Part shown: positions 34,814 to 43,449 of the stretch, piece by piece
Position numbering within the stretch: the first letter of the stretch is position 1
How the letters are laid out: the number at the start of each line of letters is the position of its first letter
Source: an uncultured Candidatus Bathyarchaeia archaeon
GTDB lineage: Archaea > Thermoproteota > Bathyarchaeia > Bathyarchaeales > Bathycorpusculaceae
Reading direction: 5' to 3'
Length of the DNA: 64,000 nt
NCBI GenBank assembly: GCA_964506875.1
Contig: CAZDNV010000001.1
Coordinates: 4,853-68,852, forward strand
The notes under the pieces: model-generated
What the model saw: only the letters and a program-made list of their open reading frames with translations
Database searches by the model: none
Told to the model about the DNA's origin: nothing
Translations under genes and position numbers: made by a program

Positions 34814-35917
34814 TCATTTGTAGACTCTAAGCGGCTTGCCCATCAGCCCTTGATTCAATCTTCCCAATCCCAAACCCTGCCGTCTTGTGAAGACGCGCAT
34901 TGAGCCCTTGATTCCTGCACCAGCTTCATCGGTGAGGTTGTCTTTCAGCAGGAGGTCAGAGTCAAGGTCTGCATATCGTATGTTCTTAGCTGAAGCAGCA
35001 AGGTGAGCGCCTGCTGCAATGCCTACCTCCGATTCGGCCATGCACCCAATCATGCATGGGAGCCCTCCGGCTTCAGCTATCGCGACGATTCTTCTGGCCT
35101 TCAGTATTCCACCGCATTTCATCAGCTTGATGTTGACCAAATCCATCGCCTCAGCTTGCACCAAACGTAACATGTCTTCTGGGGAATGAACGCTTTCATC
35201 AGCCATAATTGGAATAGGAGAGCTCTTTCTGATTTCCCTCATGCCCTTGATGTCATCTGCAGCTACTGGTTGTTCAGCGAACTGGATCTCAAACTTCTCC
35301 ATCCTGCCGAGGGCTTCTATGGCCTGCTTGAGTGTCCAACCTTGATTTGCATCGACTCTTATCTGAACTTGATCACCAACAACCTTGCGGATCGTCTCAA
35401 CTCGCTCCAGATCTTCGGTTGGGTCAGTTCCGACCTTGACTTTCAGGGCTGTAAACCCGTTCTGCACAGCCACTAAAGCATCATTCGCCATGTCCTTTGG
35501 CGGTTTTATGCTCAGCGTAATGTCTGTCTGAACCTCGGTGCGGTAGCCACCCATAACCATAAAAAGCGGCTTGTGAGCTGTTTTCCCTAGAATGTCGTGC
35601 AGAGCGATATCAACAGCTGCTTTTGCGGAGTAGTTTCCCATGACGAGAGAATCCATGACTTCAACGTTAAGCTCGATTCTCAGAGGACACGACCCGATCA
35701 GCTTAGGTCCGATTCGATCAAGTGCGCTAACCACAGTATCAGCCGTTTCGCCAGTTACTCTTCTTGAAGGCGAAGCCTCTCCCCAGCCTACCGAATCATA
35801 GTCTGTGGATACTTTCACGATAATATTGTGAGTCTCAGTGCTTCTTCCTTTGGCAATCACAAAAGGTTCCCTATAAGCTAGAGTGACTTCGTAGACCTCG
35901 ATTTGCTGAATGCCCAT
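34814..35917 (-). CDS. enolase-superfamily dipeptide (L-Ala-D/L-Glu-type) epimerase / muconate cycloisomerase-like enzyme
   Basis: KVKVG, RVDANQGW, FAEQP, MADESV and KLMKCGG blocks. Confidence 0.75.
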   Translation of the reverse strand: MGIQQIEVYEVTLAYREPFVIAKGRSTETHNIIVKVSTDYDSVGWGEASPSRRVTGETADTVVSALDRIGPKLIGSCPLRIELNVEVMDSLVMGNYSAKAAVDIALHDILGKTAHKPLFMVMGGYRTEVQTDITLSIKPPKDMANDALVAVQNGFTALKVKVGTDPTEDLERVETIRKVVGDQVQIRVDANQGWTLKQAIEALGRMEKFEIQFAEQPVAADDIKGMREIRKSSPIPIMADESVHSPEDMLRLVQAEAMDLVNIKLMKCGGILKARRIVAIAEAGGLPCMIGCMAESEVGIAAGAHLAASAKNIRYADLDSDLLLKDNLTDEAGAGIKGSMRVFTRRQGLGLGRLNQGLMGKPLRVYK

Positions 35918-35960
35918 TATGGAACTCCAAAGAGCAGATCTGGTTCTCTATGATAAAGCT

Positions 35961-37253
35961 TTACCAAGATCCTTCGTCCTGCGTTCCTTTTCTTCTTTTC
36001 AGACCTCTAAGCTTCAACTTAGCGGTTAGGATCTTCTCAGTTGCGAACAGCCTTGAAGCGGCATACATGACGACGACCGTGAAAGCTGCAACATAGACAA
36101 TGCCGAAGGCAACCGTCCAGTAGTCGCCCATCGTAACCGCCTTGGAAGCTATTATAGGATGACTGTAAGGTATCGCCCAAACAATCGCTTTGACTGCAAG
36201 TGGCAAGCTGTTGACGTCTACGTACATCAAGAGAAGTGAAGGAAGGAAGATGAACGGGTAGATGTATCCAACCACGGATTGCGCACTCCTCACATCTTCT
36301 GCGAAGGAAGATATAATCACTGCTAAGGACAAAGCCGAAAGTAGAGAAACGAAAAGCGAGACTCCTAGAAGCAAATACCCAGGAAGCGTGGGAACGAGTC
36401 CAAGTGACACTAGATCCAGGTTCGCTACCGCTGGAATCACGGAGGCAAGAGACCCAATGTAGTAGTTGAAACCTATCATATAGGCTACTGCTGCTATGGC
36501 TGCCACGATAATTGAGCCTGACAGCTTCCCCAATAATATTGCAAAACGATCCATCGGCAAGGTCAACAGTGTCTCCAGTGTTTTCTCCTCCTTTTCCATT
36601 GCCACTGAAGTGGCGGCTATCTGCATCGAATAGGTGAGCAAGATCATCATTGTAATCGGCATCGCGATCGCCTGTAACATCATCAGCCTAGAAATAGCAC
36701 TTGGGTCAGCGCCACTAGCAATATTGCCCTTTATGATTGCTGATTTCTCAGCACGCACAGCATCCGGTGCGACTCTTCTGTTGAACTCCATAACCAGCTT
36801 ATCAACAACTGAGGAGCCAATATCCTCAAGCATGCCTCCGCCCGAGAAGACACCATAAAAGCTTATCGAAGAAGTGACGGTCAGGTTGCCTGCCAAGTAT
36901 TGAGTCATATTTGCGCTGAAGCCTTTTGGAATCTCTATGAACTGCGTCGTATCATACTTTTGAAGCAGATTGCCGCTCAGAGCTTCCTGCGGAGTCGTGT
37001 CATTCACAACAGCTCTCACGAAAGAGGAGATATCTTCTATGAAGCTGTGCGAGTATGCGCCTCCATCATTATTAAGCACAAGGATAGCTGTCTTCCCAAC
37101 CTTTTCTTGGGCAGACTGGAATGAAAAGCTCATTATTGCACCTAACGCGGGAAACATTATTAATGGCATGATAATCATCCCAAGCAAGATTTTAGGATCT
37201 CTAATCAGCTCCTTGAGCTCCTTTATCAGGAAATTCACAAAACCCTTAAGCAA
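35961..37253 (-). CDS. ABC-2-type transporter permease
   Basis: 430 aa. N-terminal TM, large extracytoplasmic loop, 5 C-terminal TM segments. 8-nt overlap with the ATPase gene. Confidence 0.75.
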   Translation of the reverse strand: MLKGFVNFLIKELKELIRDPKILLGMIIMPLIMFPALGAIMSFSFQSAQEKVGKTAILVLNNDGGAYSHSFIEDISSFVRAVVNDTTPQEALSGNLLQKYDTTQFIEIPKGFSANMTQYLAGNLTVTSSISFYGVFSGGGMLEDIGSSVVDKLVMEFNRRVAPDAVRAEKSAIIKGNIASGADPSAISRLMMLQAIAMPITMMILLTYSMQIAATSVAMEKEEKTLETLLTLPMDRFAILLGKLSGSIIVAAIAAVAYMIGFNYYIGSLASVIPAVANLDLVSLGLVPTLPGYLLLGVSLFVSLLSALSLAVIISSFAEDVRSAQSVVGYIYPFIFLPSLLLMYVDVNSLPLAVKAIVWAIPYSHPIIASKAVTMGDYWTVAFGIVYVAAFTVVVMYAASRLFATEKILTAKLKLRGLKRRKGTQDEGSW

Positions 37254-37977
37254 GTCCTACCACCTTTGCGAAAACTTCCTCCAAGTTTTGGCTTTCGAAT
37301 TTCTCTTTCAGCTCCTGCGGTTTTCCTTCCGCCACGATTTTGCCTTTGTTGACCAGAGCCACTCTCCCGCAGAGATGCTCAACCTCAAGCATGTTGTGAC
37401 TTGAAAGCAGAACCGTCACCCCATGCTCTCTTACATATCCTTTGATGATTCCTCTCACATGAAAGGAATGTAGGACATCAAGTCCACTTGTGGGTTCATC
37501 TAGTACTGCAAGCCTAGGTCTTGTCATCAATGCTCTGGCCAAGAGGAGCCGACGCTTCATTCCTTTGCTGTAGGTTTTGGCCCTGCTCTTCAAACGATCA
37601 CCGAGGCCGCAAATCTCAGCAGCTTCATCGATTATTTTGCGAACTTGATCCTTGTCTTTAGCGTTGAATCTGGCCATGAATTCCAGATACTCCTTACCTG
37701 AAAGGTTGCGATAAGCTCCAGCTTCCTCCGGAAGGTAAGCTATGATCTTACGTACTTCAGCAGCTTGGTGGACCACGTCCAACCCAAACACTTTGATAGA
37801 TCCTGAAGTTGGCAACAGCAAGGTCGAAGCAATTCGCAGAGCGGTCGTTTTCCCAGCGCCATTAGGACCGATGAGACCGAAGATCTCCCCAACACTAACA
37901 TGAAGGTTCATGTGGTCCAGCGCTCGAATGCTGCCAAAGCCCTTAGATAGATCCATCATCTCGATTGCAGGATCCAT
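37246..37977 (-). CDS. ABC transporter ATP-binding protein
   Basis: GPNGAGKTT, YSKGMKRRL (signature variant) and LAVLDEPTSGLD. Confidence 0.9.
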   Translation of the reverse strand: MDPAIEMMDLSKGFGSIRALDHMNLHVSVGEIFGLIGPNGAGKTTALRIASTLLLPTSGSIKVFGLDVVHQAAEVRKIIAYLPEEAGAYRNLSGKEYLEFMARFNAKDKDQVRKIIDEAAEICGLGDRLKSRAKTYSKGMKRRLLLARALMTRPRLAVLDEPTSGLDVLHSFHVRGIIKGYVREHGVTVLLSSHNMLEVEHLCGRVALVNKGKIVAEGKPQELKEKFESQNLEEVFAKVVGLA

Positions 37978-38193
37978 GCGTAGTTACACCAACACGTGCT
38001 CAATTGCTAAGGCCAAAGCGAGGCTCTCAGATTTAACGCTTTTCCATGATGGCAACTAAACGAGATCGGTTTGAGTAGGGAATTGATGCAGCGATTCCCG
38101 CGCGCTACTAACTCAAGGGAGTAGCAAACTCCTTCAGAAGCCAAGTTTCTTGTCCATTTTTGGCAACATACTTGCTTTAGAGTTGCCTGTTTT

Positions 38194-38363
38194 TGGTGGG
38201 GCCGGCCGGATTTGAACCGACGACCTTTACCCGGAAACAGTGCATAGGCGCTGCTCCTACGGGTTTCTCTAACTGCTCCAGAACTTCTTCATCCCGTTCT
38301 GGTCCGCAAACCCGTTCGCTGCTTTCTGGAGCCCGTCGTCATACCTGCCTAGACTACAGCCCC
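38194..38363 (-). tRNA. tRNA-Trp (CCA) precursor gene with about 93 nt of intervening sequence; CCA encoded
   Basis: Hand fold with exons 38363-38326, 38264-38259 and 38226-38194. Acceptor GGGGCTG/CGGCCCC, anticodon arm ACGGG-CTCCAGA-CCCGT, variable loop AGGTC, T arm GTCGG-TTCAAAT-CCGGC. Confidence 0.8.
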
Positions 38364-38389
38364 CAACCGTACTGAGAATAACTTGCCAG

Positions 38390-38402
38390 ATTTTAAATAT
38401 AT
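38390..38402 (-). promoter_or_regulatory. TATA-like box upstream of tRNA-Trp
   Basis: The AT-only tract tttaaatatat is centred about 30 nt upstream of the tRNA-Trp 5' end (minus strand). Confidence 0.35.
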
Positions 38403-38495
38403 GCATTGTTCCCTTGGCCGATCCGACTTGCAGTAAGGCCCAGCGATCGTGAAGCGAAAAGTTAATGAGTGAAGAGTTCACGTGGTATTTGGGGT

Positions 38496-38612
38496 TTGCC
38501 GGCCATGGGGCGCGGGACCCACCCGATCCCATACCGAACTCGGAAGTTAAACTGCGCTCCGTTCTCGGCTGTAGTGTGGTCTTAGGCCACGTGAACCCGG
38601 GAAAGCTGGCAG
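38496..38612 (+). rRNA. rrf: 5S ribosomal RNA
   Basis: Contains CCCGATCCCATACCGAACTCGGAAGTTAAAC (universal loop B/helix III region). Terminal helix TTGCCGGC/GCTGGCAG. Confidence 0.85.
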
Positions 38613-38693
38613 CTCCACTCAAAATAGACATTTCTAAGATGCGGCTTAGTTAGCCAAAACTTATAACCAAGAGCTTGATAGTCTTTTCGAAAG

Positions 38694-39848
38694 GTGAACC
38701 CTTTCGTGAACATATTTGCATCAATGGTGACGATGCTTCAAAGCCAGATTGCTGCTGATCCGCTGGGAGACTACTCTTGGATACTCAATCTGCTTTTCTA
38801 TGCCGTTTTCGTGGTTTTCATATTCTATGGTCAACGGGTTCAATTGTATGTTATGCTAAGAGAAGTCGAAGGCTCTCTGCACAAGCTGAGATACATCAAG
38901 GATGAAGGCCGGAAGACTGCGATAGAAACAATAAAGGAAATTGGAAAACCACAAACAGATCCTGCCGACAGAATCGATAGATTCCTTGAGTATTTCACGA
39001 TATTCCCGCAGAGCCTTGACCCGGCGGGTATAATGTGGAAGCTTGAACACATCCTAGACGTGAGGGATACTCGCCTCAAGGATGAAGTGAAGATTATGGC
39101 GCCTGCTGCAGACGAGGCACAGACAAACAATTTGGAGAGCACGCTTGAGGTTGCAATGGCGCTTAATTACATCTACAAGGTAATAAGGCACTTCTATTTG
39201 CTCGGTAAGAAAACACTCAGCCTTTATGTTGTCATGCAGATTCAGATGCTGTTACCCCTTATCATGAAGGAGGCAGAAGCATACGCAAGTGGGTTGAAAG
39301 CATTTGCTTATGGCCAACCCATAGGTGATGGCGCCGGAGCGTTGGTGGCAGGAAAGCTCATGCACGGTTATGAACATAGGAAAGTTGCCAAAGACTGCGT
39401 AGTAGCAACTGTGCCAATGGAAGGGCGCACTGCATACGTGATAAAAGCTGAAGGACCAGGAGGAAACGTGGGAAAACCTGGAGACGCCATAGTATCAGTG
39501 ATCGAAGAGAATGAAGGAAAGATCTCTATGATAGTCATGATTGATGCTGCCGCGAAATTTGAAGGTGAAGAGGTTGGAGAAGTGGCGGATGGTGTTGGCG
39601 CAGCCATTGGTGGACCTGGCGTCGACCAGTTCAAGATTGAGGAGTCCGTTCTAAAGTACCACATCCCGATAAACGCGATAGCGATAAAAGAGGATATTGG
39701 GGACACAATTTCGCCTATGCGCAAAGAGATCTTTGATTCAATAGACAAGACCATTGAGAGAGTCAAGCAAGTCATTCAGGAAAGAACGAAGGAAGGAGAT
39801 AGAGTGATAATCGCCGGAATCGGCAATTCAATCGGCATAGGCCAATAG
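38694..39848 (+). CDS. conserved archaeal membrane-associated protein (DUF1512-like)
   Basis: 384 aa. N-terminal TM, helical middle region, Gly-rich C-terminal domain (GDGAGALVAGKL..GPGGNVGKPGD..GGPGVD). The family assignment is from memory. Confidence 0.55.
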   Translation: MNPFVNIFASMVTMLQSQIAADPLGDYSWILNLLFYAVFVVFIFYGQRVQLYVMLREVEGSLHKLRYIKDEGRKTAIETIKEIGKPQTDPADRIDRFLEYFTIFPQSLDPAGIMWKLEHILDVRDTRLKDEVKIMAPAADEAQTNNLESTLEVAMALNYIYKVIRHFYLLGKKTLSLYVVMQIQMLLPLIMKEAEAYASGLKAFAYGQPIGDGAGALVAGKLMHGYEHRKVAKDCVVATVPMEGRTAYVIKAEGPGGNVGKPGDAIVSVIEENEGKISMIVMIDAAAKFEGEEVGEVADGVGAAIGGPGVDQFKIEESVLKYHIPINAIAIKEDIGDTISPMRKEIFDSIDKTIERVKQVIQERTKEGDRVIIAGIGNSIGIGQ

Positions 39849-39852
39849 GAGA

Positions 39853-40296
39853 TTGAAGGAAATGAGTGAAGGCAACGCGTCTGCAACGCCGAAGGTTTCT
39901 TCTTTCTTGCGGATGATAATATTCATAGCTTTTGCTCTGTCTCTGACGGCGCTCATATTGGCTGTGAGCTTTCTCGGTGACAACCAATCTATAGCCAGCA
40001 TACTTGGGGACAACCAAGACATAGCAGTCTACTTACTGTTGATAGGTCTCATTGGAGTGGCAGTGTCCACCTACGTTTTACTCCAGGTGAGAAGACAAGG
40101 TAAGCGTCTGAGCATTGCGGTTGCTCCCATAACTACCACTATTGAGTGCAAGAAATGCGGCTTCAAAAACGTGAGAGAATTCCAGCGCAGCGATTACGTC
40201 TTCAAGGAAGTTGAACCCTGCCAAAAATGCAATGACAAGATGCTGATAACGGCGATTTACAGAGAGGTCAAGGAGAAGGAGAAATTCCGCTACTAG
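39853..40296 (+). CDS. membrane protein with a C-terminal zinc ribbon
   Basis: 147 aa. Two TM helices, then CKKCGFKN..CQKCNDKM. 4 nt after the DUF1512-like gene. Confidence 0.55.
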   Translation: MKEMSEGNASATPKVSSFLRMIIFIAFALSLTALILAVSFLGDNQSIASILGDNQDIAVYLLLIGLIGVAVSTYVLLQVRRQGKRLSIAVAPITTTIECKKCGFKNVREFQRSDYVFKEVEPCQKCNDKMLITAIYREVKEKEKFRY

Positions 40297-41219
40297 GTCA
40301 AGACAATACAGCCGTCTTTCACTATTAGCACAGTATGCTCTGCTTGGGCAACAGGTTTCCGGCTTACCTCAACAAAAGTGGGGTAGGCCATAAGCGTCTT
40401 CGACGACAGAAGCTCTGTGAAGGCTGCTTGATAATGTTCTTTCGGCACGATGTTCTGTAGCCAGCGTTCAGCGAAGGGTAAGGTTCTGTAGCTTTTCTCG
40501 ATATGCCTCGAGAGTTGCTTTGCATAAGGGTTCTTGAGCGGTTTGGTTCTGAGAAATCGGAAAATCGTGATCTCGTCGCCATCTTCAACTTTTCCTGCTG
40601 CATTGGGAAGAGTGACGAAGGGCTCAATGGCATATACTCCGCCTAGCTTGATTTTTGAAGATAACACATGTGAGACGTTAGGCAATGAAGTGCCCGCGTG
40701 GACGGTGTAACGCCCAACTTGGTGGCCAGTCAGGTTGGCTATAGGTTTGTAACCTCGCGACTTTATCGTAGTTTCAATGATTGCCCCAAGCTTGGAAGTA
40801 GATGTATCTGGGCCTATGCTTTCCACGGCCTTTTCAAGTGCAGTCTCAGCTGCTGTCACAAGACTCTCATACTCAGGATTGAAACAAATAGTAGTTGCCG
40901 TGTCAGTGACGTAGCCATCTACGTGAGCCCCAATGTCCACTTTGACAATCGATTTCTCGGGGACCCTTCTCTCATCGTTTGGCGGGGACGTGAAATGGGC
41001 CGCTGTTTCATCTATTGAAACATTACATGGAAATGCAGGCTGTCCGCCCTTTTCACGTATAAGTCCTTCGGCTTTTTCGCATATTTCTATGATAAGCTGA
41101 TTTTCACGGACAAACCTTCTCATTTCCTCTCTCGTTTCGCGCAGGATTCTTCCGGAGAGTCGAAACTTCTCAAGCACCTGTTTGTCCTCATAGCTCATTG
41201 AACCTACGCTCATTTCCAC
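40293..41219 (-). CDS. map: methionine aminopeptidase, type 2 (archaeal)
   Basis: KVDIGAHVDGYVTD, GHQVGRYTVHAG, YAIEPF and AQAEHTV metal-ligand blocks. Confidence 0.9.
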   Translation of the reverse strand: MEMSVGSMSYEDKQVLEKFRLSGRILRETREEMRRFVRENQLIIEICEKAEGLIREKGGQPAFPCNVSIDETAAHFTSPPNDERRVPEKSIVKVDIGAHVDGYVTDTATTICFNPEYESLVTAAETALEKAVESIGPDTSTSKLGAIIETTIKSRGYKPIANLTGHQVGRYTVHAGTSLPNVSHVLSSKIKLGGVYAIEPFVTLPNAAGKVEDGDEITIFRFLRTKPLKNPYAKQLSRHIEKSYRTLPFAERWLQNIVPKEHYQAAFTELLSSKTLMAYPTFVEVSRKPVAQAEHTVLIVKDGCIVLT

Positions 41220-41437
41220 TAACGCATCAAGCTTGATTTAAAAGGTTTAGCAACGAGCCCAATTCGAAACATGCTAGCCCAAAACCAAACTGGTAAGTCC
41301 ACAAGAGATCTTGCTCACGTTGTCAAATCAATACGTTCATCACATGTAACTTGAACAATGCTGAGGCAGCATAGGTTCGTATGTAGCTTAGCACGCGTGA
41401 AATGCGATGACGGATGGTTTCTTTTTCCTACCTGCTT

Positions 41438-41989
41438 CAGGTTTCTGGTGTGAAGATTCGACTGCCAAGTGTTGCGAAGTCATTCCAACCTAGATTGAAG
41501 ATCATCTTGGCCTTTCTTGAGTTGCATTCCTCTTCAAAAGCCGCTTTGTTAGCGTAAGCATCAACCATTCCCCCAATGAAGATTGTGTGATCCCCAGTGT
41601 TGTAATTGGCTGAATGGTCTGCATTCCATGTGGGCTACGCATCTCTTATAATAGGCCGTTTCACTTTCTTGGCGCTTAGGAGCGTCAGGCCTGTCTACGA
41701 GAATTCCTCATGTTTTTCCGCTGATTCTGCCGCAGATCAGAGTATCTCTCCGCAAGCCCATCGTTGGCATGTTCACTACAAATTCCTTTGTCTCTTCGAT
41801 AAGATGGTGAGAATGTCTCCTGTGTGAGATGCTTACTGCCAATAGAGGCGGGCCAATCGATGTCGGCATTGCCCATGCGAGAGTGATTATGTTTGCGCCT
41901 TCTAGGCTACCTATGCACGTAACTAGTACCGTGTGCATCGAATGAATGAGTCTGTAGGCTAATCGCAGGCTGACATTTACTTTCTCCAT
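41438..41989 (-). pseudogene. disrupted flavin reductase/flavoredoxin-like gene
   Basis: The N-terminal 93 aa are intact (..NIITLAWAMP..PPLLAVSI..CGRISGK). The remainder is recognisable only across frames (HEEFS*TGLT.., VAHMECRP, GDHTIFIGGMV), with at least one in-frame TAG and frameshifts. Confidence 0.7.
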
Positions 41990-42007
41990 ACAAGGAAACT
42001 CTGTTTC

Positions 42008-43138
42008 TCAACGTTTCACGTGAAACTTTCCGATTATGTTCCTTGCTTTTTCTCTTTTCTTTTGATGCTCAGACAGAAATCTATTTAACCTTTCAGTTAG
42101 GACGGTCTTGCAGTCCCCGCACATTGTCTCGCCATTTTTGCACTGTCTCTTTCTTTCCGCAAGCTTCTTGTCGTCCTCCTCGAACAAGTAAAGGAAATAC
42201 TGGAAAACTGTGCAGATATCAGTGTCGCCACCTTCTTTCTTCTGCTCTGCAAGAGTTCCTTTACCGCCAGTAAACGCGTTCCAAACCTTGCGCTTGACTA
42301 TCTCTGGCGAATCAGTGGTAAATATTGACGTTTCAGGTTCTGAAGCGCTCATTTTTCCGCCTATCCCTAGGCCCGGTAGAAATCGACAATGGATTTGAGC
42401 AGGCTTGTAGAAGCTCAGTCTCTGAGCGACATCTCGTGTGATCCTCCAATAGGGGTCTTGATCGATGGCTGCTGGGATAAGCGCAGGAGCATTTTCACCT
42501 GTCAACTTCCTATGTATGAAACAGGGCACTGCTTGAACAGCCGGCCAAAATATCCAACCCAAGTTCGTGTTATCTTGGAAGCCGAAAGTGGCCTTCGCAG
42601 TCGAATAAGTAATGCGCTTTGCAACCTCTAGGGCGATATCGTATAGGAGGTCGATGTCTTCTACGTCATATATGATGTAAGTGTTCTCAGGTTCGAAGCC
42701 TAAGGCAACGAGATCCAATGCATTTTCATGTCCGAATCTGCTCGTATTCTCTAGTTTCTGTTCATCGTCTACCAAGAACTTCTCGTCATCGGTCATTTGA
42801 AAGTAGAGCCGTACGCCAAATTTGTCTTGTAGATGCTTCGTGAAAATCCATGGCACGAGGTGCCCAATGTGAACTGGACCAGAAGGCCCACGACCAGTAT
42901 ACAAAACGAACTTCACTCCTTTCTCATACAAGTCGAGCACAACGTCCAAGTCTCGATGCGAAAAGAATAGCCCTCTTCTCGCTTGCATATGAAGCTCGCC
43001 TGTATATCCTGCCAGCCTCTGCAAAAGTTGCTTGGTCAACGGTTGCGTGCCAAACTCCCGTATTAGCCGCTCGTAGTCAATCTTACCTTGGACTTCCCAT
43101 GGAGTTACGACCATCTCATTCTTCTCTTCATCTGCCAA
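42008..43138 (-). CDS. trpS: tryptophanyl-tRNA synthetase (archaeal/eukaryotic type)
   Basis: GRGPSGPVHIGHLVPW (HIGH) and KMSAS (KMSKS variant). Confidence 0.9.
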   Translation of the reverse strand: MADEEKNEMVVTPWEVQGKIDYERLIREFGTQPLTKQLLQRLAGYTGELHMQARRGLFFSHRDLDVVLDLYEKGVKFVLYTGRGPSGPVHIGHLVPWIFTKHLQDKFGVRLYFQMTDDEKFLVDDEQKLENTSRFGHENALDLVALGFEPENTYIIYDVEDIDLLYDIALEVAKRITYSTAKATFGFQDNTNLGWIFWPAVQAVPCFIHRKLTGENAPALIPAAIDQDPYWRITRDVAQRLSFYKPAQIHCRFLPGLGIGGKMSASEPETSIFTTDSPEIVKRKVWNAFTGGKGTLAEQKKEGGDTDICTVFQYFLYLFEEDDKKLAERKRQCKNGETMCGDCKTVLTERLNRFLSEHQKKREKARNIIGKFHVKR

Positions 43139-43449
43139 GCATCTGCCACCTTCGAATCATAGGTCCTTATAGAGTCTAGAGAAAAGTATTAAGTCTTATG
43201 TGAACGCGGGGTTCATGTGTCCCCTCTATTCAAAAAAACCCTGGTGTTCGCGGAGATTGAGCACGTCTCAGCAGCAAGCCAGGCTTTAAGTCAAATGAGT
43301 AGATAGACTGCTAAGCGCATTTAGGCTGTTTTGTGTCAGGCAAAGGCAAAGAGGAGTGCGCTTCGGTGAGACGTGTTATCGATTCATGGGAAGCCAAGCA
43401 TACTTTTATTAAAACTATGAGAGTTAAAGTCTAGCTTGATCTGTATATA

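Noticed and set aside
38269-38653. ORFs 38269..38631 (minus strand) and 38465..38653 (plus strand).
   Set aside because: They overlap the intron-containing tRNA-Trp gene and the 5S rRNA gene, and the RNA-gene interpretation explains the sequence far better.
41600-41720. In-frame TAG codons in the flavoredoxin-like gene as pyrrolysine or stop-codon reassignment.
   Set aside because: TAG is the ordinary stop of several intact genes in this window (tldD, pmbA, NurA-like, pheS). No pyl genes are seen, and the same gene also needs frameshifts. A pseudogene is the simpler reading.
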